DNA of 64,000 nt from Bdellovibrionota bacterium. GTDB lineage: Bacteria > Bdellovibrionota_C > UBA2361 > JAAYZI01. The stretch is from assembly GCA_050950765.1 (NCBI GenBank), contig JBMNIF010000001.1:479885-543884 (forward strand), read 5' to 3'. Positions 60,428 through 64,000 of this stretch are shown here, piece by piece. A program made the translations under genes and the position numbers. Within the stretch, counting starts at the first letter, position 1. The number at the start of each line of letters is the position of its first letter. The notes under the pieces were generated by a model, which did not search any database, had not been told where the DNA came from, and saw nothing but the letters and a program-made list of their open reading frames with translations.

Positions 60428-63400
60428 ATGAAGCATATCCATGCTGTACTGTTTTCGCTATCACTATTCCTTTTTCCGTTTACCTCTTTTGCTCAAGAGA
60501 TGTCTCAAGGACAAAAGATAGAGATTGAGAAAGATGATCTACGTGATAGGGTTTATTCCGTTAGGATTAAAGATAATACCTTTGGAGGAGGAGTAAATTT
60601 CTCTTTTTCTGCACCTCAAATAACCACCAGAAGTAGTTTAATACTAGATTACAAAGAGCTTGCAAAACAGTACCTTGCAACTTATGGGGGGCATTTCGGA
60701 ATTACTGATGTAGCAACACAGTTCTTTGAGGGCGAGGTTACAGTTGATAATTTTGGGATGGCTCACGTTCGTTTCCCTCAAGCTTATCAAGGGGTGGCTG
60801 TTACTAACGGCGAAATGATAGTCCATATTAGGAGTAACGGCGCCTTAAAAACAATTAACGGTATCTTTGTAAAGGGGCTTTCTGGATTAAACGCTACTCC
60901 ATCTATTACAGAAAAAGAAGCTACCGCAGTAGCTGCCTCTTACTGGCAACTTAAATACGGAGTTTCTTATGAGGTTGATGATATAGCCCTTGTTATTATC
61001 TCTCCTTCAGAGTTGAAAAATAAAGACGGTAAAAGTTACCTCTCTTGGCGGATTAGGTTACGTAATGACGGTGAGTTCTTAGACGAAAACGTCTTTATTG
61101 ATGCGCACACCGCTAATTATATTACTTATGAAAGTAATATCAGAGCTGCACACGGTGAAAAGACACCGATTTACCGCAGAATCGGAGAGTTAGCACCTGA
61201 TGGACAGTGGTGGTTAAATGGAGTTTTTCCAGAGTATCCAGGTTATGTCTTTGGACGACTAGAAGCAAGGCCTCCACGTGGACCCAACCCATATGTTAAT
61301 GATGGAAAAAGTGGACCAGATACAGCTTATACTAGGTTAAACCACGTTCATAAGTTCTTTCAAAATGAGTTAGGGATAAATGGTCCCAACGGAAATGGTG
61401 GTGTCTTTGTAGCAGAAAGCGGAATAGCAAAAGGTCAAAACGTAACAGATGCTAACATAGATTCCGCCTTGTGCCCGTCAAACGGAATGTTTTCAAATAA
61501 CCTTATTTTTGTATTTTGCGGATACTCTAAGTTAGAAGATTTACTCGGTCATGAATATTCCCACGCTATTGGGTGGGGTATATTAAAGTATGCCGGAGAA
61601 TCAGGTGCCATAGAGGAAGCTATCGCTGATTTAGGAGGATATCGTTTTCAAAAATACCTAAAAGGTTCCACTGATTGGGTGTGTGAAACTCAATCAGAGG
61701 ATGAGTTGCCTTATAGAAACTCTAAAACCCCAGGTGTTGGAACCCTCTACCCTTCCCCTGTTCACTGGTACGACAGCAATACTAAATGTGACAGCATGCA
61801 CGTTATGTCAACGGTTGCAAGCCACGCTGCCTACCTCGCTTCAGAGGGGGGAGAGCGTGAAGGGTGTAGAGTCCGTCCCGTAGGGATTGAAAGGGTACAC
61901 AATGTTTGGTTTCACGCTAGACTAAACTATTTTCCAAGCACCGTAACGTATAACTCCTCTATTAGTTATATTATGGATGCTTGTGATGACCTTTATCCAA
62001 ATACAGTTAACCCTAAAGAGTTTAGTCCTATCTGCTACCAGATTAAAAAAAGTATGTTAGCAACAAAGATGGATCAGAGAGGATACTGTAATGATAAACG
62101 GAAGATCTATGAAAAGGCTCCGTCCTGTGATTTTTGTCCAGATAACCCTAATAAAGAGGATATCGGATGTAGTGGTAACTGTGATGGTGAGGCAGACCTT
62201 GATAGTGATGGTGATGGCACACCTGATTGTTACGATGAGTGCCCGAAAGATCCCAATAAAGTCACAGCAGGGCGGTGCGGCTGCGGTAATAAGGAAGAGA
62301 TTGAAGACTTAGATGATGACACCTTCTGGGGAGTAGGTTCTTGCCCCGCTATTAGAAACGATTGTGATGATACGAAGTTTAATTCTTTCTATAAAGGATC
62401 TTTAGAGATCCGCGGAGATGGTATCGATAACGATTGTGATGGCATGACGGATGAAGCTGAAATAATCAGTAAGTCTCAGAAAGATTATGATTATAGTGAA
62501 GCCCCAGATATAAGTGGTGATGGACGTTATATAGTGTTTTTATCAAACGGGGCGATGCCTGAAGTAGCTAGAACCAACAGGTATTTAAATGTCTTTTTAT
62601 ACGATAGTAAACTTAACACCTATACCCTTATTAGTAAGGATGCTAGTGGACTTGAAGGGAATGGCTTAAGCCTAGCTCCCCGTATTTCAAAAAAAGGGGA
62701 GACCGTAGTTTTTCAATCATACGCTAAGAACTTAAATGGTAAAATTCTTGCTTGGACAAAAGAAGAGGGGCTACAAGTAGTAACTTCTGAAGGTGGTAAT
62801 AGACCCTCAGTAAGCCCTGATGGCAGATATATTACGTATGATAACGGAGGTGTTATCTATATTTGGAATAAGGAAACAGGTAAACAAAAAGAAATTCCGA
62901 TGGATGGAATATCTGCAAGTTCAGAGATTAGTGCCAATGGAAAATATGTCGCATTTTGTTCTAGTATCAATCACTCTATTAACGGGGACTGGAGTGAAGA
63001 TGGAATTTTTCTATACAATACAAAATCAGAAGAGATTGAGTTAGTTGCTCAAATGAGATCCGATCTTGATAACGGATCTTGCCCGACTATGAAGATCTCA
63101 ATCTCTGATAACGGTCGCTACATCACATATAGCGGATTATTAACTAGTAATACTTATACTGAAGCTCATATTTACCTCTGGGATAGAGATACTAAAAAGA
63201 CAACCCTTGTTGATACAAAGTTTGGCAAAACTTCCATTGCATCTAATGGAGCCTCTTATGATCCTAATATCTCAGGAGACGGTCGTTATATAACGTTCAG
63301 ATCATCTGCGACGAACTTAATAAAATCAGGTTCCATTGGAACTCTTCCTAATATTTTCTTATATGATAAAAGTACTTCTAAGATAGAATTAATCTCTACA

Positions 63401-64000
63401 ACCTTTAACGGAGAAACCCCTGATAAAGGGTCATTTAAGAGCGGTGTTAGTGATGATGGTTCTACCATTGTTTTTGATAGTTATGCTTCAAACTTAATTG
63501 AAAGAGCTTTAGATATTAACAAACAACGTAACGATGTATTTGCAGTGTATCGAGACGTATGCCCTGATGATCCGGATAAATATTCAGTTGGTGAATGTGG
63601 TTGTGGAGTGCCAGATACAGATTCTAACGGAAACGGTATCGCTGATTGTAAAGAAGGGTCAATCTCAATCTTGGATGAAGATGAAGAAGGCTTTCTTGAT
63701 AAATGCCCCAACGATCCTAATAAAACAGAACCCGGAATTTGCGGTTGTGGTGTACCAGATATAGATACCGATGGTGACGGTGTTTTTGATTGTCACGATA
63801 AGTGTCCTAACGATCCGAAGAAAGTATTTCCTGGGATCTGCGGCTGTGGTGTAGTGGATAGCACTAAAGATAGTGATAGAGACGGCACCCCTGATTGTAT
63901 TGATAAGTGTCCTTACGATCCAAAGAAAACAGATCCGGGCTTCTGCGGTTGTGGTAGACCTGAAACAGATAGTGATAAAGACGGCGTTCCTAACTGTATT
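60428..64000 (+). CDS. Large secreted M4 (thermolysin-like) metallopeptidase with propeptide, Cys/Asp-rich repeats and TolB/PD40-like propeller; 3' end runs off the window
   Basis: Not in ORF track. Manual translation open from ATG 60428 (AGGAG RBS) to the window end: signal peptide; HVRFPQAYQGV propeptide; GHEYSH (61550) and ESGAIEEAIAD; DGIDNDCDG; ISGDGRY repeats; CP(D/N/Y)DP.K..PG.CGCG repeats. Confidence 0.9.
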   Translation, partial: MKHIHAVLFSLSLFLFPFTSFAQEMSQGQKIEIEKDDLRDRVYSVRIKDNTFGGGVNFSFSAPQITTRSSLILDYKELAKQYLATYGGHFGITDVATQFFEGEVTVDNFGMAHVRFPQAYQGVAVTNGEMIVHIRSNGALKTINGIFVKGLSGLNATPSITEKEATAVAASYWQLKYGVSYEVDDIALVIISPSELKNKDGKSYLSWRIRLRNDGEFLDENVFIDAHTANYITYESNIRAAHGEKTPIYRRIGELAPDGQWWLNGVFPEYPGYVFGRLEARPPRGPNPYVNDGKSGPDTAYTRLNHVHKFFQNELGINGPNGNGGVFVAESGIAKGQNVTDANIDSALCPSNGMFSNNLIFVFCGYSKLEDLLGHEYSHAIGWGILKYAGESGAIEEAIADLGGYRFQKYLKGSTDWVCETQSEDELPYRNSKTPGVGTLYPSPVHWYDSNTKCDSMHVMSTVASHAAYLASEGGEREGCRVRPVGIERVHNVWFHARLNYFPSTVTYNSSISYIMDACDDLYPNTVNPKEFSPICYQIKKSMLATKMDQRGYCNDKRKIYEKAPSCDFCPDNPNKEDIGCSGNCDGEADLDSDGDGTPDCYDECPKDPNKVTAGRCGCGNKEEIEDLDDDTFWGVGSCPAIRNDCDDTKFNSFYKGSLEIRGDGIDNDCDGMTDEAEIISKSQKDYDYSEAPDISGDGRYIVFLSNGAMPEVARTNRYLNVFLYDSKLNTYTLISKDASGLEGNGLSLAPRISKKGETVVFQSYAKNLNGKILAWTKEEGLQVVTSEGGNRPSVSPDGRYITYDNGGVIYIWNKETGKQKEIPMDGISASSEISANGKYVAFCSSINHSINGDWSEDGIFLYNTKSEEIELVAQMRSDLDNGSCPTMKISISDNGRYITYSGLLTSNTYTEAHIYLWDRDTKKTTLVDTKFGKTSIASNGASYDPNISGDGRYITFRSSATNLIKSGSIGTLPNIFLYDKSTSKIELISTTFNGETPDKGSFKSGVSDDGSTIVFDSYASNLIERALDINKQRNDVFAVYRDVCPDDPDKYSVGECGCGVPDTDSNGNGIADCKEGSISILDEDEEGFLDKCPNDPNKTEPGICGCGVPDIDTDGDGVFDCHDKCPNDPKKVFPGICGCGVVDSTKDSDRDGTPDCIDKCPYDPKKTDPGFCGCGRPETDSDKDGVPNCI

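Noticed and set aside
60644..63764. Short track ORFs in the last 3.5 kb
   Set aside because: All are alternate-frame or antisense shadows of the single ORF starting at 60428.
1..64000. Apparent abundance of GATC-containing words
   Set aside because: Impression only; needs a Markov-corrected k-mer count that I cannot run.

Overview
Bacterial chromosomal window, mostly housekeeping: an electron-bifurcating hydrogenase-type NuoE/NuoF pair (NuoF cut by the left edge), cysE, ffh, pckG, rpiA, rpoZ-rel-htrA-mutL-miaA, corA, ftcD, tRNA-Met, lysA, dnaJ-like/clpB/ispH, a PyrR-attenuated pyrR-pyrB-pyrC-carA-carB operon, tsaD-rsmA, a glycosyltransferase cluster, flagellin, slt-pgsA, smc-ftsY-purF and a large secreted M4-peptidase mosaic protein (cut by the right edge). 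No transposase, integrase, reverse transcriptase or cas gene is visible. The most striking non-gene structure is a pair of mosaic repeat arrays (37444-37846 and 39347-40737) flanking a sulfatase-like gene. They hold 22 co-oriented copies of GGGTGGCACC joined by a small set of reshuffled linker modules, one carrying an IHF consensus; core spacings are mostly near multiples of 11 bp and 14-bp inverted ends bracket the region (REP/BIME-like by inference, not CRISPR). Other leads: loss of glutaminase-site residues in both CarA and PurF, a very divergent flagellin paralogue behind a perfect sigma28 promoter, a Whirly-like ORF preceded by a ~210-nt structured non-coding segment, an SMC with a degenerate hinge, and a cytochrome c that has lost its second haem motif. 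All calls are from manual reading; no searches or folding programs were run.
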